59,701 nt of DNA, from NCBI GenBank assembly GCA_001791045.1, contig MGDT01000007.1, positions 60,872 to 120,572 of the forward strand, written 5' to 3'. Source of the stretch: Candidatus Uhrbacteria bacterium RIFCSPHIGHO2_01_FULL_63_20. Its GTDB lineage: Bacteria > Patescibacteriota > Patescibacteriia > UBA9934 > GWF2-40-263. Below, one piece after another: positions 50,491 to 58,827 of this stretch. Below the pieces are notes generated by a model that did no database searches, was not told the origin of the DNA, and saw only the letters and a program-made list of their open reading frames with translations. Both the position numbers and the translations under genes were made by a program. Every line of letters begins with the position of its first letter. Position 1 is the first letter of the stretch.

Positions 50491-52503
50491 ATGACGAAGG
50501 CCGAGGCCAAGGCCCGCATCGCGGAGCTCCGGAAGGCCATCGACAAATATCGCTACGAATACCACGTGCTCGATAGAGCCACGATTTCTGATGCCGCGCT
50601 CGATTCGCTCAAGCACGAGCTGTACGCGCTCGAACAGGAGCATCCCGACCTCATCACGCCGGATTCCCCGACGCAGCGCGTCGGCGGGAAAGCGCTCGCG
50701 AAGTTCGCAAAGGTCACCCACCGCCGGCCCATGCTGTCCATGGAGGACGTGTTTTCCCCAGAAGAATTCGCCGCCTGGTCCGCCCGTATAGAAAAGCTCA
50801 CCGAGCATACCAACTCCCAACTCCCAACTCCCTATTTCTGCATGCCCAAGGTGGACGGGCTCGCGCTGTCCATCGTGTATGAAGATGGCCTGTTGAAGTC
50901 CGCCGCCACCCGTGGGGACGGCAAGGTCGGCGAGGACGTCACCCAGAACGTGAAGACGATCGACTCGGTCCCATTGCGTTTGCGCTCCCCGATGGGGGTG
51001 AAGCTCCCCAAGACGCTCGAGGTGCGCGGCGAGGTATACATGCCCGTGAAGGAGTTCGACGCGTACAACCGCAAGATGAAGAAGGAAGGGAAGGAGCCGT
51101 TGGTGAACCCGCGCAACGCCGCGGCCGGGAGCGTGCGCCAGCTCGATCCCACGGTCACGTCGGAGCGTCCGCTCGCGTTCATCGCGTGGGACCTGGTGGA
51201 CGACCTCGGCCAGGCGCGCCAGCACGAGGAATGGGAGCTGTTGCGCGAGATGGGGTTCAAGGCCGCGCAGGCAAAGCTCTGCCGGAGCGTGGAGGAAGTC
51301 GAGGCGTTCTGGAGGGCGCTGCAGGAAAAGCGCGACACGATGGGATTCTGGATCGACGGCATGGTGGCGCGCGTGGATGACAACGCGCTGTACGCCTCGC
51401 TTGGCGTGGTCGGCAAGACCCCGCGCGCGCTCGTGGCCTGGAAGTTCCCGGCGGAAGAGGCCACCACGGTCGTGAAGGACATCGCCTGGTACGTGGGTCG
51501 CACGGGCGCGCTCACGCCCGTGGCCGTCGTGAATCCCACGTTCGTGGCCGGCACGACCGTGCAGCACGCCTCGCTCCACAACCTCGACGAGATCGAGCGC
51601 CTCGACGTGCGCGTGGGCGACACGGTGATCCTGTACAAGGCCGGGGACATCATCCCGAAGGTGAAGGGAGTGTTGATGGAGCTCAGGCCCGCAGGGTCGC
51701 AGGCGACGAAGGCTCCCAGGAAGTGCCCGGTATGCAAGACGGACGTGGTGCGTCGAGAAGGCGAGGTGGCGATCGTCTGCCCCAACAAGCGCTGCCCGGC
51801 GCAGGACCGCGAGAACGCGCTCCACGCCGCGCGCGCCTTCGACATCGAGGGGCTGGGTCCGCAGACCGTCTCGCAGATGCTCGAGCAGGGGCTTGTCAAG
51901 TCCGCGGCGGATTTGTTCGCGCTCAAGGTCGACGACCTGCTCAAGCTCGAAGGGTTCGCGGACGTCTCGTCGAGGAAGCTCGTCGAAGCCATCAAGGCGA
52001 AGACGCGCATCCCGCTCGACAGGTTCATCCTCGCGCTGGGCATCCGCAACGTGGGCGAGGAGACCGCGCGCGACCTCGCGTCGCATTTCGGCTCCCTCGA
52101 AGCGCTCATGGCCGCGAGCGAGGAGGCGCTCACCCAGGTGCCCAACATCGGCCCGGTGGTGGCGACGAGCGTCCTCGAGTGGTTCGCGGACAGCGACAAC
52201 CGCGACCTCGTCGCGTCGTATCGGAAGAACGGGATCGTCGTCGGGACGGGGGAGAAGCGGGCCGTGAGCGGCGCGTTCGCCGGCAGGACGGTCGTCATCA
52301 CCGGCACGTTGTCGACGTTGAGCCGCGACCAGGCCAAGGAGGCCGTGCGCGCCGCGGGCGGCAAGGCCGGCGAGAGCGTGAGCAAGAAGACGGACTTCGT
52401 GCTGGTAGGCGAGAACCCCGGCTCCAAGGCTGACGATGCCAAGCGCCTTGGGATATCCATCTTGTCGGAAGCCGATTTCCTCCGTATGCTTCGCAAATCC
52501 TGA
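50491..52503 (+). CDS. ligA: NAD-dependent DNA ligase LigA
   Basis: KxDG adenylation motif (MPKVDGLALS), OB fold, zinc finger CPVC...C.N..CP, HhH repeats, BRCT. Confidence 0.97.
   Translation: MTKAEAKARIAELRKAIDKYRYEYHVLDRATISDAALDSLKHELYALEQEHPDLITPDSPTQRVGGKALAKFAKVTHRRPMLSMEDVFSPEEFAAWSARIEKLTEHTNSQLPTPYFCMPKVDGLALSIVYEDGLLKSAATRGDGKVGEDVTQNVKTIDSVPLRLRSPMGVKLPKTLEVRGEVYMPVKEFDAYNRKMKKEGKEPLVNPRNAAAGSVRQLDPTVTSERPLAFIAWDLVDDLGQARQHEEWELLREMGFKAAQAKLCRSVEEVEAFWRALQEKRDTMGFWIDGMVARVDDNALYASLGVVGKTPRALVAWKFPAEEATTVVKDIAWYVGRTGALTPVAVVNPTFVAGTTVQHASLHNLDEIERLDVRVGDTVILYKAGDIIPKVKGVLMELRPAGSQATKAPRKCPVCKTDVVRREGEVAIVCPNKRCPAQDRENALHAARAFDIEGLGPQTVSQMLEQGLVKSAADLFALKVDDLLKLEGFADVSSRKLVEAIKAKTRIPLDRFILALGIRNVGEETARDLASHFGSLEALMAASEEALTQVPNIGPVVATSVLEWFADSDNRDLVASYRKNGIVVGTGEKRAVSGAFAGRTVVITGTLSTLSRDQAKEAVRAAGGKAGESVSKKTDFVLVGENPGSKADDAKRLGISILSEADFLRMLRKS
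50806..50835 (+). repeat. Family A element (forward, three CAACTCC heptads) inside ligA
   Basis: cataccaactcccaactcccaactccctat, translated [10 protein letters not shown]. Shares a 28-nt identical block with the tgt copy. Confidence 0.9.
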
Positions 52504-52534
52504 GGCCTTCATGCCTGCGGCCTAACGCCTTCCT

Positions 52535-52840
52535 ATGCCCATCACCCCCGAGGAAATCCGCCATCTCGCCTCGCTCTCGCGATTGAAGATCGACGAGGAC
52601 GACGTGGAAGCGTACGCCAAGGACCTGGATGCGATCGTGGGGTACGTCGACAAGCTGCGCGAGCTCGACACGGAGGGCGTGCCCGAGATGGCGCACGTGG
52701 AAGACCTGGCGAACTCCCCGCGCGAGGACGTGGTGGAGGGATGCGACCAGGCGACGCGTGACGCGATGCTCTCCGCGTTCCCGCGCCGGGAAGGGGATCT
52801 GCTTGCCGTGAACGCGGTGTTCGTGGATCGAACCGACTGA
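52535..52840 (+). CDS. gatC: Glu/Asp-tRNA amidotransferase subunit C
   Basis: I..LA.LSRL.I.E.......DL..I..YV..L.ELDT. Confidence 0.9.
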   Translation: MPITPEEIRHLASLSRLKIDEDDVEAYAKDLDAIVGYVDKLRELDTEGVPEMAHVEDLANSPREDVVEGCDQATRDAMLSAFPRREGDLLAVNAVFVDRTD

Positions 52841-52841
52841 T

Positions 52842-54293
52842 ATGGGCGCCACGGACATGACGCTGCGCGAGGCGGCCGCGAGAATGGCGGCAGGCGAACG
52901 GTCGAGCGAGGAGCTCGTTCGGACGTCGCTTGGACGCATCGCGGCCGTGAACGAAAAGGTGAACGCCGTCCTTGAGGTCGACTCCCATGCGATCGACGCC
53001 GCGCGCGACATCGACCGCCGGCGCAAGGAGGGCGAGGAACTCGGCCCGCTCGCGGGGATCCCGGTCGCGGTGAAGGACAACATCCTGGTGCGCGGGTGGC
53101 GCGCGAGCGCGGGCTCCAGGATCCTGGAAACCCACACGGCCGCCTACGACGCGACGGTGATCGCGCGGCTGCGCGAAGCGGGAGCGATCCCGGTCGCGCG
53201 CACGAACATGGACGAGTTCGCGATGGGATCCTCGACGGAATCCTCGCATTTCGGTCCCACGAGGAATCCGTGGGATCTCGACCGGGTCCCTGGAGGCTCT
53301 TCGGGCGGATCGGCCGCGGCGGTCGCTTCGGGGATGGTGAGCGTCGCACTGGGATCGGACACGGGCGGGTCTGTGCGCCAACCGGCGTCGTTGTGCGGCG
53401 TGGTCGGGCTGAAGCCCACCTACGGGCGCGTGTCGCGCTATGGCCTCATCGCGCTCGCCTCCTCGCTCGACCAGGTGGGCCCGTTCGCCCGCACCGTGGA
53501 AGACGCGGCCATCCTCATGCGCGCGATCGAGGGAGAGGACCCGCGCGACGCGACCACGGTGGGCCCGCTCGAGACGTACGTCCCGGAGCTCGACCAGCCG
53601 TCGGTGAAAGGGCTGCGCATCGGGTTGCCTAAGGAATATTTCGTGGAAGGGATGGACCCGCGCGTGAAGGCGGGCGTGATGGATGCCGTGCGCGCGATGG
53701 AGGCCGCCGGCGCGACGGCGGAAGAGGTGTCGCTCCCGCACGCCCGATACGCGCTCGCCACCTACTATCTCGTGATGCCGGCCGAGGCGAGCTCCAACCT
53801 CGCGAGGTTCGACGGCATCCGTTACGGCTACAGCGCGGGGACGCCGTCCTTGCGCGAGACATATGAGATGAGCCGCGGGGAAGGGTTCGGCGAGGAGGCG
53901 AAGCGTCGGATCATGCTCGGCGCCCACGTGCTGTCCAAGGGGTACGCCGAGGCGTATTACCGCCAGGCGCTCAAGGCGCGCACGCTCATCCGCCGCGATT
54001 TCGACGAGGCGTTCAAGACGGTGGACGTGATCGCGACCCCGACCTCGCCGTGCGCGGCCTGGAGGATGGGCGAGAAGTCGGCGGATCCGCTCACCATGTA
54101 CCTCGCGGACATCTACACGATCAGCGCGAACCTCGCCGGCATCCCGGCCCTCTCGCTCCCGTGCGGGTTTTCCGACGGCCTTCCGATCGGGTTGCAGCTC
54201 ATGGGCCGGCCGTTTTCCGAAGCGACGCTCTTCCGCGCCGGCATGACGTATCAATCGCTCACCACCTGGCACACGCTGACGCCGACCCTGTGA
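52842..54293 (+). CDS. gatA: Glu/Asp-tRNA amidotransferase subunit A
   Basis: Amidase signature GGSSGGSAAAVA, LAGIPVAVKDN. Confidence 0.95.
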   Translation: MGATDMTLREAAARMAAGERSSEELVRTSLGRIAAVNEKVNAVLEVDSHAIDAARDIDRRRKEGEELGPLAGIPVAVKDNILVRGWRASAGSRILETHTAAYDATVIARLREAGAIPVARTNMDEFAMGSSTESSHFGPTRNPWDLDRVPGGSSGGSAAAVASGMVSVALGSDTGGSVRQPASLCGVVGLKPTYGRVSRYGLIALASSLDQVGPFARTVEDAAILMRAIEGEDPRDATTVGPLETYVPELDQPSVKGLRIGLPKEYFVEGMDPRVKAGVMDAVRAMEAAGATAEEVSLPHARYALATYYLVMPAEASSNLARFDGIRYGYSAGTPSLRETYEMSRGEGFGEEAKRRIMLGAHVLSKGYAEAYYRQALKARTLIRRDFDEAFKTVDVIATPTSPCAAWRMGEKSADPLTMYLADIYTISANLAGIPALSLPCGFSDGLPIGLQLMGRPFSEATLFRAGMTYQSLTTWHTLTPTL

Positions 54294-54889
54294 CGCACGC
54301 CCCCACGTTCCTCCATCGCCACCAACCATGGAAACGCCAGGTCGCCCTTGCCGCGTTCCTGGGGCAGATCGCGCTCGCGGTCGGGTTCTGGACGGAGATG
54401 GTCTCGGTCCCCGACCCGTCGACCGAATGGTTCCTTGGATACCTCGCGCTCCTCGCAGCCGCCGCGATGTTCATCCCGTGGATCATATTCCGTTCCCTGG
54501 GGACCGAGCGTGTCGGATCCTACGAAGTGATGGCCGTCTCGGGGCTCGTCGCCGGATGGGCGGGTACGTTCGGGCTGTACCGCGCAGGATTGGGGTACGA
54601 CACGGCGGTGCACGTGTTCTGCATGGCATTGTTCACCTTCGTGATGATGGACGGCATCTCCCGGCAGCACGGACCGCATCATCTCCCTGTGCTGGCCGCG
54701 ATCGGCTTCGTCCTCGCCATGCTTGCCGGCGTCGGCAATGAACTGTTCGAATGGGCCGGGGACAGATTGTTCGGCACCATGATGTACGGGGAAGCCGGCC
54801 AACCGAATGATACCCAAATCGACCTGGTGGCGAACGTGGTCGGGTTCGTGGTCGGGGCCGTCGCCGCGTTCCATGTCAAGCGGGTATGA
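54290..54889 (+). CDS. Hypothetical integral membrane protein (199 aa) where gatB would normally be expected
   Basis: GTGA overlap with the gatA stop. Five or six hydrophobic helices. Confidence 0.55.
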   Translation: MTHAPTFLHRHQPWKRQVALAAFLGQIALAVGFWTEMVSVPDPSTEWFLGYLALLAAAAMFIPWIIFRSLGTERVGSYEVMAVSGLVAGWAGTFGLYRAGLGYDTAVHVFCMALFTFVMMDGISRQHGPHHLPVLAAIGFVLAMLAGVGNELFEWAGDRLFGTMMYGEAGQPNDTQIDLVANVVGFVVGAVAAFHVKRV

Positions 54890-55656
54890 TCCCCTACATC
54901 CAATTCATCTCGTTCCAGCTTGGTCCGCTCACGATCTACGTATGGGGGCTCATGGTGGCGCTCGGGATCCTGGTCGCCACGGCGCTCGGGGCGCGGGTCG
55001 CGAAACGGCGCGGGCTCGACGAACGGGTGATATGGGACCTGGCGTTTTGGGGAGCGGCCGGGGGATTCCTCGGCGCCCGGCTGGCACATGTCCTGCTCTA
55101 CGCGCCGGAGCAATATGTCTCTGAACCCATCCGCATCCTCGCGTTGCGCGACGGCGGCTACTCGAGCCTCGGCGCGTTCGTGGGCGCCATCCTGGCTGGC
55201 GTGATCTACGCGCGCGTCAAACGCGCGGCGCTCGCCCCGTACGCGGACATCGCGGCGCTGTTCGTCCCGCTGGGCTACGGCATCGGCCGCATCGGCTGCT
55301 TCCTCATCCACGACCATCCGGGGACGGCCACGGATTTTTTCCTCGGCGTGAGATTCCCCGACGGCATCGTCCGACACGACCTCGGGTCGTACGAGGCGCT
55401 CAACGGGTTCGCGCTCGCGCTGTTGTTCCTTATCCTGTATCGGAGGAAGGCCCCGACGAAGATCTACGCCCCGCTGTTCCTCGTCTGGTACGGGTTCGCG
55501 CGATTCTTCCTCGACTTCCTGCGCGCCACCGACGGCGCCATCGTGGACGCGCGCTACGGGGGACTCACCCCGGCGCAATACCTGTCCGTCGCCATGTTCC
55601 TGTGGGGACTCTGGATGTTTCGCGACCGTTCCGGTAGCATGGCAGCTCGGAGGTAG
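54886..55656 (+). CDS. lgt: Prolipoprotein diacylglyceryl transferase
   Basis: IYVWGLMVALGILV, GRIGCFL, and so on. ATGA overlap with the upstream gene. Confidence 0.9.
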   Translation: MIPYIQFISFQLGPLTIYVWGLMVALGILVATALGARVAKRRGLDERVIWDLAFWGAAGGFLGARLAHVLLYAPEQYVSEPIRILALRDGGYSSLGAFVGAILAGVIYARVKRAALAPYADIAALFVPLGYGIGRIGCFLIHDHPGTATDFFLGVRFPDGIVRHDLGSYEALNGFALALLFLILYRRKAPTKIYAPLFLVWYGFARFFLDFLRATDGAIVDARYGGLTPAQYLSVAMFLWGLWMFRDRSGSMAARR

Positions 55657-55659
55657 ACA

Positions 55660-56205
55660 GTGACGGAAGTGGTCATCATGTTCTGCGGCCCGTTCTACGG
55701 GCACAGGCCGTTCCATTACGGTCGCATCGACCGGGCGATCGCCCTCGCGAACGCCTTCCGCTGCCCGCTCGTCATCTGCGGGGACGGGACCGGAGGACGG
55801 GAGCTTGACGAATTCCAGGCGCGCTCGCGGGACGCCGGAGTGCCCATCACGGTCGCGCGGTACAACGGGAAGCGCAACACGCACGGCGACGCCATCAGCG
55901 CCGCGGCGGTCGTGGCGGCCGAGTTCCCGCGCACGGAAACCGCGTACCTGGTCACCGACTGGTACCACGTGCCGCGCGCGACGATCCGCCTCGCGCATCG
56001 GCTCCGTCGCCGCGGGTTCAGCCACGTGACCGTGATGCCCTCCCCGGTGTGGGATCACCTGCGCGACGGGCTGCGCCGCCTTCCCGGCGAGATGCTCGGT
56101 TCCTGGCACGCGCTCCTTCGCCTCCCGCAGCCGCCCAAGCGCTCGCGCTCCCTGCGGCACAGATCGCTCGCGAGGCGTCTCCTTGGCATCCGACGCGTCG
56201 GATGA
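55660..56205 (+). CDS. DUF218/YdcF-like domain protein
   Basis: GGAGG (55649-55653) 6 nt before the GTG. LVICGDG...YLVTDWYHVPRA pattern. Confidence 0.6.
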   Translation: MTEVVIMFCGPFYGHRPFHYGRIDRAIALANAFRCPLVICGDGTGGRELDEFQARSRDAGVPITVARYNGKRNTHGDAISAAAVVAAEFPRTETAYLVTDWYHVPRATIRLAHRLRRRGFSHVTVMPSPVWDHLRDGLRRLPGEMLGSWHALLRLPQPPKRSRSLRHRSLARRLLGIRRVG

Positions 56206-56213
56206 ACGCGAAT

Positions 56214-56237
56214 CCCGCCGGTCCTCGGCGGGTTTTT
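56214..56237 (+). terminator. Terminator of the lgt-DUF218 unit
   Basis: cccgccg-gtcct-cggcggg-ttttt. Confidence 0.75.
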
Positions 56238-56244
56238 CCTTGTC

Positions 56245-56277
56245 AAAAAACACCCCGTGCAGGTGCAGGGTGTTTTT
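56245..56277 (-). terminator. Terminator hairpin downstream of tRNA-Ser (flanking A and T tracts make it potentially bidirectional)
   Basis: aaaaaa-caccc...gggtg-tttttt. Confidence 0.65.
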
Positions 56278-56365
56278 TGGCGGAGAGGGAGGGATTCGAA
56301 CCCTCGAACCCTTGCGGGTTGCACGCTTTCCAAGCGTGTGCACTAGACCGCTATGCGACCTCTCC
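56278..56365 (-). tRNA. tRNA-Ser (anticodon GGA), long variable arm, CCA encoded
   Basis: Reverse complement: GGAGAGG-TC-GCAT-AGCGGTCTA-GTGC-A-CACGC-TTGGAAA-GCGTG-CAACCCGCAAGGGTTC-GAGGG-TTCGAAT-CCCTC-CCTCTCC-G-CCA. 88 nt. Confidence 0.9.
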
Positions 56366-56426
56366 GTGGCCTGTGTCGTGGCGAGAATATACCCGACGTT
56401 TGGTACCGAAGCAAGGGTCAGAGGAT

Positions 56427-56452
56427 GAAAAAGGCACCCCAGGGCGGGATGC
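56427..56452 (-). terminator. Terminator of the paralog pair
   Basis: On the minus strand: ggcatccc-gccct-ggggtgcc-ttttt. Confidence 0.65.
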
Positions 56453-56457
56453 CATCG

Positions 56458-56919
56458 TCAGCGCGTTCCGTTTGAGGGCGCGTCCTTCGTCGGAAAGAAG
56501 GTCGCAAGCGTCTCGCGGAGCTTCCCGAGCACCAAGGGGCGGAATTCCGCCGCCGTCTCCGTCTTGAAGAACCGCGTCTTCCAGTTGTCGATCTTGCCAG
56601 CGGAATCGAGGTAGCCGCCGCCGATGACCTGGTCCTTGTATTCTTCGACAAGCTCGGCATCCCTGGTCTTGAGATAGAACAGCCGTTCACGCGGATTCGC
56701 CGGCCTCTCCTCCGTGATCTTCCAGAAGATGAGGAGAGTGACGTGCATGTTCACGTCGCCGACGATGACGCGCGTCTCAAGCGGTCGGTTCTCCGGACCC
56801 TTCGCCCGCAAGAGCAGCCATGCGAGTTCGTTCGAGAGCCCGCGATAGATCTTGGCAGTCTCCGGTTTCATCCCGAACATGACCGACATTTGATCCATCC
56901 GGATGGGAATGATGCGCAT
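56458..56919 (-). CDS. Hypothetical protein, paralog 1 of a tandem pair (153 aa)
   Basis: AAGGAGG RBS. Shares MR(I/V)(I/V).(I/V)R, WLL, V(I)GDVN.H.TL, EERP..PRER, GG...GK..W.T.(Y/F)F with the upstream ORF. Confidence 0.65.
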   Translation of the reverse strand: MRIIPIRMDQMSVMFGMKPETAKIYRGLSNELAWLLLRAKGPENRPLETRVIVGDVNMHVTLLIFWKITEERPANPRERLFYLKTRDAELVEEYKDQVIGGGYLDSAGKIDNWKTRFFKTETAAEFRPLVLGKLRETLATFFPTKDAPSNGTR

Positions 56920-56929
56920 GCTACCTCCT

Positions 56930-57379
56930 TCACGACAGCGTGATGTCCGCGTCCTCGGGCATCGGCCGCCCGAGGAACGCCCAGTTGACGACCAGCGGCA
57001 GCTTGGCCGAAAGCATGCGCTGCCACTCCTCCGGCGTCTTGACGTCGAAGTAGAGCGTTTCCCAGCCGATAGGCTTCCCGTCGAGTCCGATGATGCCGCC
57101 GGCGGCCACGCGTTCGCGCCAGAGCGCGTGGAACTCGTCCTTGCGCGCGCGGATCTCCTTGTACCGCTCGCGCGGTGACTTCGGACGCTCCTCGAGGAGC
57201 ACCCACAGGTGAAAGAGCGTCTCGTGGGGATTCACGTCGCCGATCACGAGGACCGGCTCCCGATTCTCCTCCTTGAACAGCAGCCAGTTGACATTGCCTT
57301 CCGGGGCCTTGAAGACCTCGGCGTCCTCGATCTCGAGCAGGCCTGGAAGGTCCTGCTTGCGTACGGCGACGACCCGCAT
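56930..57379 (-). CDS. Hypothetical protein, paralog 2 of a tandem pair (149 aa)
   Basis: Same motifs as 56458-56919. AAGGAA RBS. Confidence 0.65.
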   Translation of the reverse strand: MRVVAVRKQDLPGLLEIEDAEVFKAPEGNVNWLLFKEENREPVLVIGDVNPHETLFHLWVLLEERPKSPRERYKEIRARKDEFHALWRERVAAGGIIGLDGKPIGWETLYFDVKTPEEWQRMLSAKLPLVVNWAFLGRPMPEDADITLS

Positions 57380-57464
57380 CTCGTTCCTTTCTTCCTGCGC
57401 ATGCAGGACGGGCCATCATGGCAGGAATCGCGGTTTCGGTCAACCTTTGGTATCCTCCATTCGT

Positions 57465-57860
57465 ATGGACCGCTTCTTCCCAGGCCCCCTTGCTGACCGC
57501 GGATGGAACATCATGCGGCGGGCGGGATACGCCGAGCAAAAGGTGGTGGGGGGCGAGATCGGATTCACCCGACGGCTCCAGCAGACCCCGTTCCCTCGGC
57601 TTCACGCCTACATCGAGGAGCGTGACGGCGGGACGCGGGTGAGCCTGCACATCGACCAGAAGCAGCCGACCTACGGGGGGTCGCGCGCGCACGGGGGAGA
57701 ATACGCTGGCCCGCTCGTCGAACGCGAGATGGAGCGCATCGCGGCGTTCTTCCGCCCAGCCGCGCAAGCCGCGCCAACGACGAGCTATCCCTCTCCTGAT
57801 TCAGGAGAGGGCATGGGTGAGGTCTCGAAGGGAGGGTTCTTCTCCCGCCTGTTCGGATGA
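57465..57860 (+). CDS. Hypothetical protein with a LHIDQKQPTYGGSRAHGGEY core and a MinD-like C-terminal amphipathic helix
   Basis: The start may be 57465 or the ATG at 57513 (MRRAGYAEQ). The C-terminus is SKGGFFSRLFG. ATGA overlap with the next gene. Confidence 0.55.
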   Translation: MDRFFPGPLADRGWNIMRRAGYAEQKVVGGEIGFTRRLQQTPFPRLHAYIEERDGGTRVSLHIDQKQPTYGGSRAHGGEYAGPLVEREMERIAAFFRPAAQAAPTTSYPSPDSGEGMGEVSKGGFFSRLFG

Positions 57861-58792
57861 GCATGGGTTCCGCGCTTTCGGTGATCGCCATCGTCCTCCT
57901 GTTCCTGCTCATCGGCAGGTTGGCCGGCGTGGTGGTGTCGCGCGCACGCGCGCTCGGCACGCGATTGGGCATCGGGACGTTCTTTTTGGGAGTGCTGCTG
58001 GGGCTGTTCACCTCGGCGCCCGAAGCCGCCATCGCGATCAATGCCGCGGCCGCGCAGGCTCCGTCGTTGTCCGCGGGGAACCTGATCGGAGGGACTGCGG
58101 TGCTGTTCGGCCTCATCGCGGCGCTCCTTGCCATCCGCGCCGGGAAGCTCCCGGTGCATGAAGGGATCTCGGGGCTCGCCGCGGCCGGGGCGTATCTCCT
58201 CCTGCCCGTCATCCTGGCGCTGGACGGATCGCTTTCGCTCGTCGACGCGCTCGCGCTCGGGGCGGGGTACTTCGGCGTCCTCGTGCTGGTGTACGGCGCC
58301 TCGCGTCGCCAAGGGTTCGCGCTGCCCCATGTGCGGCTTACGGACGGATCTCCGCGCGACATCCTCGTGCTCATCGCCGCGACCGCGGCCATCGCGCTGT
58401 GTGCCGCGGCCGTGGTGCGCCTCACCGTCCCGCTCGCGGCCGCGTTCGGGATCCCCGAGCTCGTGATCGGCATCGTGGCCTACTCGCTGGGCACGAACCT
58501 GCCCGAGCTCATGATCGCCGCACGAGCGTCGAAGCGCCCGGACGCGCTTCCGGTCGCGACGTTGCTCGGCTCCGCGCTCGCGAACCCGTTCATGCTCGGC
58601 CTGCTCGCGCTCTCCGCGGACCGCCCGCTCGAGTTCCACGACGGGTTCCGCGCAGTCGCCGCCCTGTACGCCGCGATCGTGGCGCTGTTCTTCGTCTTCG
58701 CGCGCAGCGGCCGGCGTTTCCACCGTGGCGAGGGGATCGCGCTGTTCGCGCTCTACGTCGCGTTCGTCCTGTTCGCCTCGCGCGTCTCGTGA
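57857..58792 (+). CDS. Na+/Ca2+ exchanger (CaCA/YrbG-like) family membrane protein
   Basis: Two alpha-repeat-like motifs (GLFTSAPEAAI...GNLIGG and GTNLPEL...GSALAN). About 10 TM helices. Confidence 0.65.
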   Translation: MSMGSALSVIAIVLLFLLIGRLAGVVVSRARALGTRLGIGTFFLGVLLGLFTSAPEAAIAINAAAAQAPSLSAGNLIGGTAVLFGLIAALLAIRAGKLPVHEGISGLAAAGAYLLLPVILALDGSLSLVDALALGAGYFGVLVLVYGASRRQGFALPHVRLTDGSPRDILVLIAATAAIALCAAAVVRLTVPLAAAFGIPELVIGIVAYSLGTNLPELMIAARASKRPDALPVATLLGSALANPFMLGLLALSADRPLEFHDGFRAVAALYAAIVALFFVFARSGRRFHRGEGIALFALYVAFVLFASRVS

Positions 58793-58827
58793 CTCGACAC
58801 GAGGGGACAGCTGGGGCACTCTTCGGC

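Noticed and set aside
56278-56365. tRNA-Ser as the integration site of a genomic island carrying the paralog pair
   Set aside because: The unknown genes lie on the 5' side of the tRNA. No integrase is present, and I found no direct repeat of the tRNA 3' end nearby.
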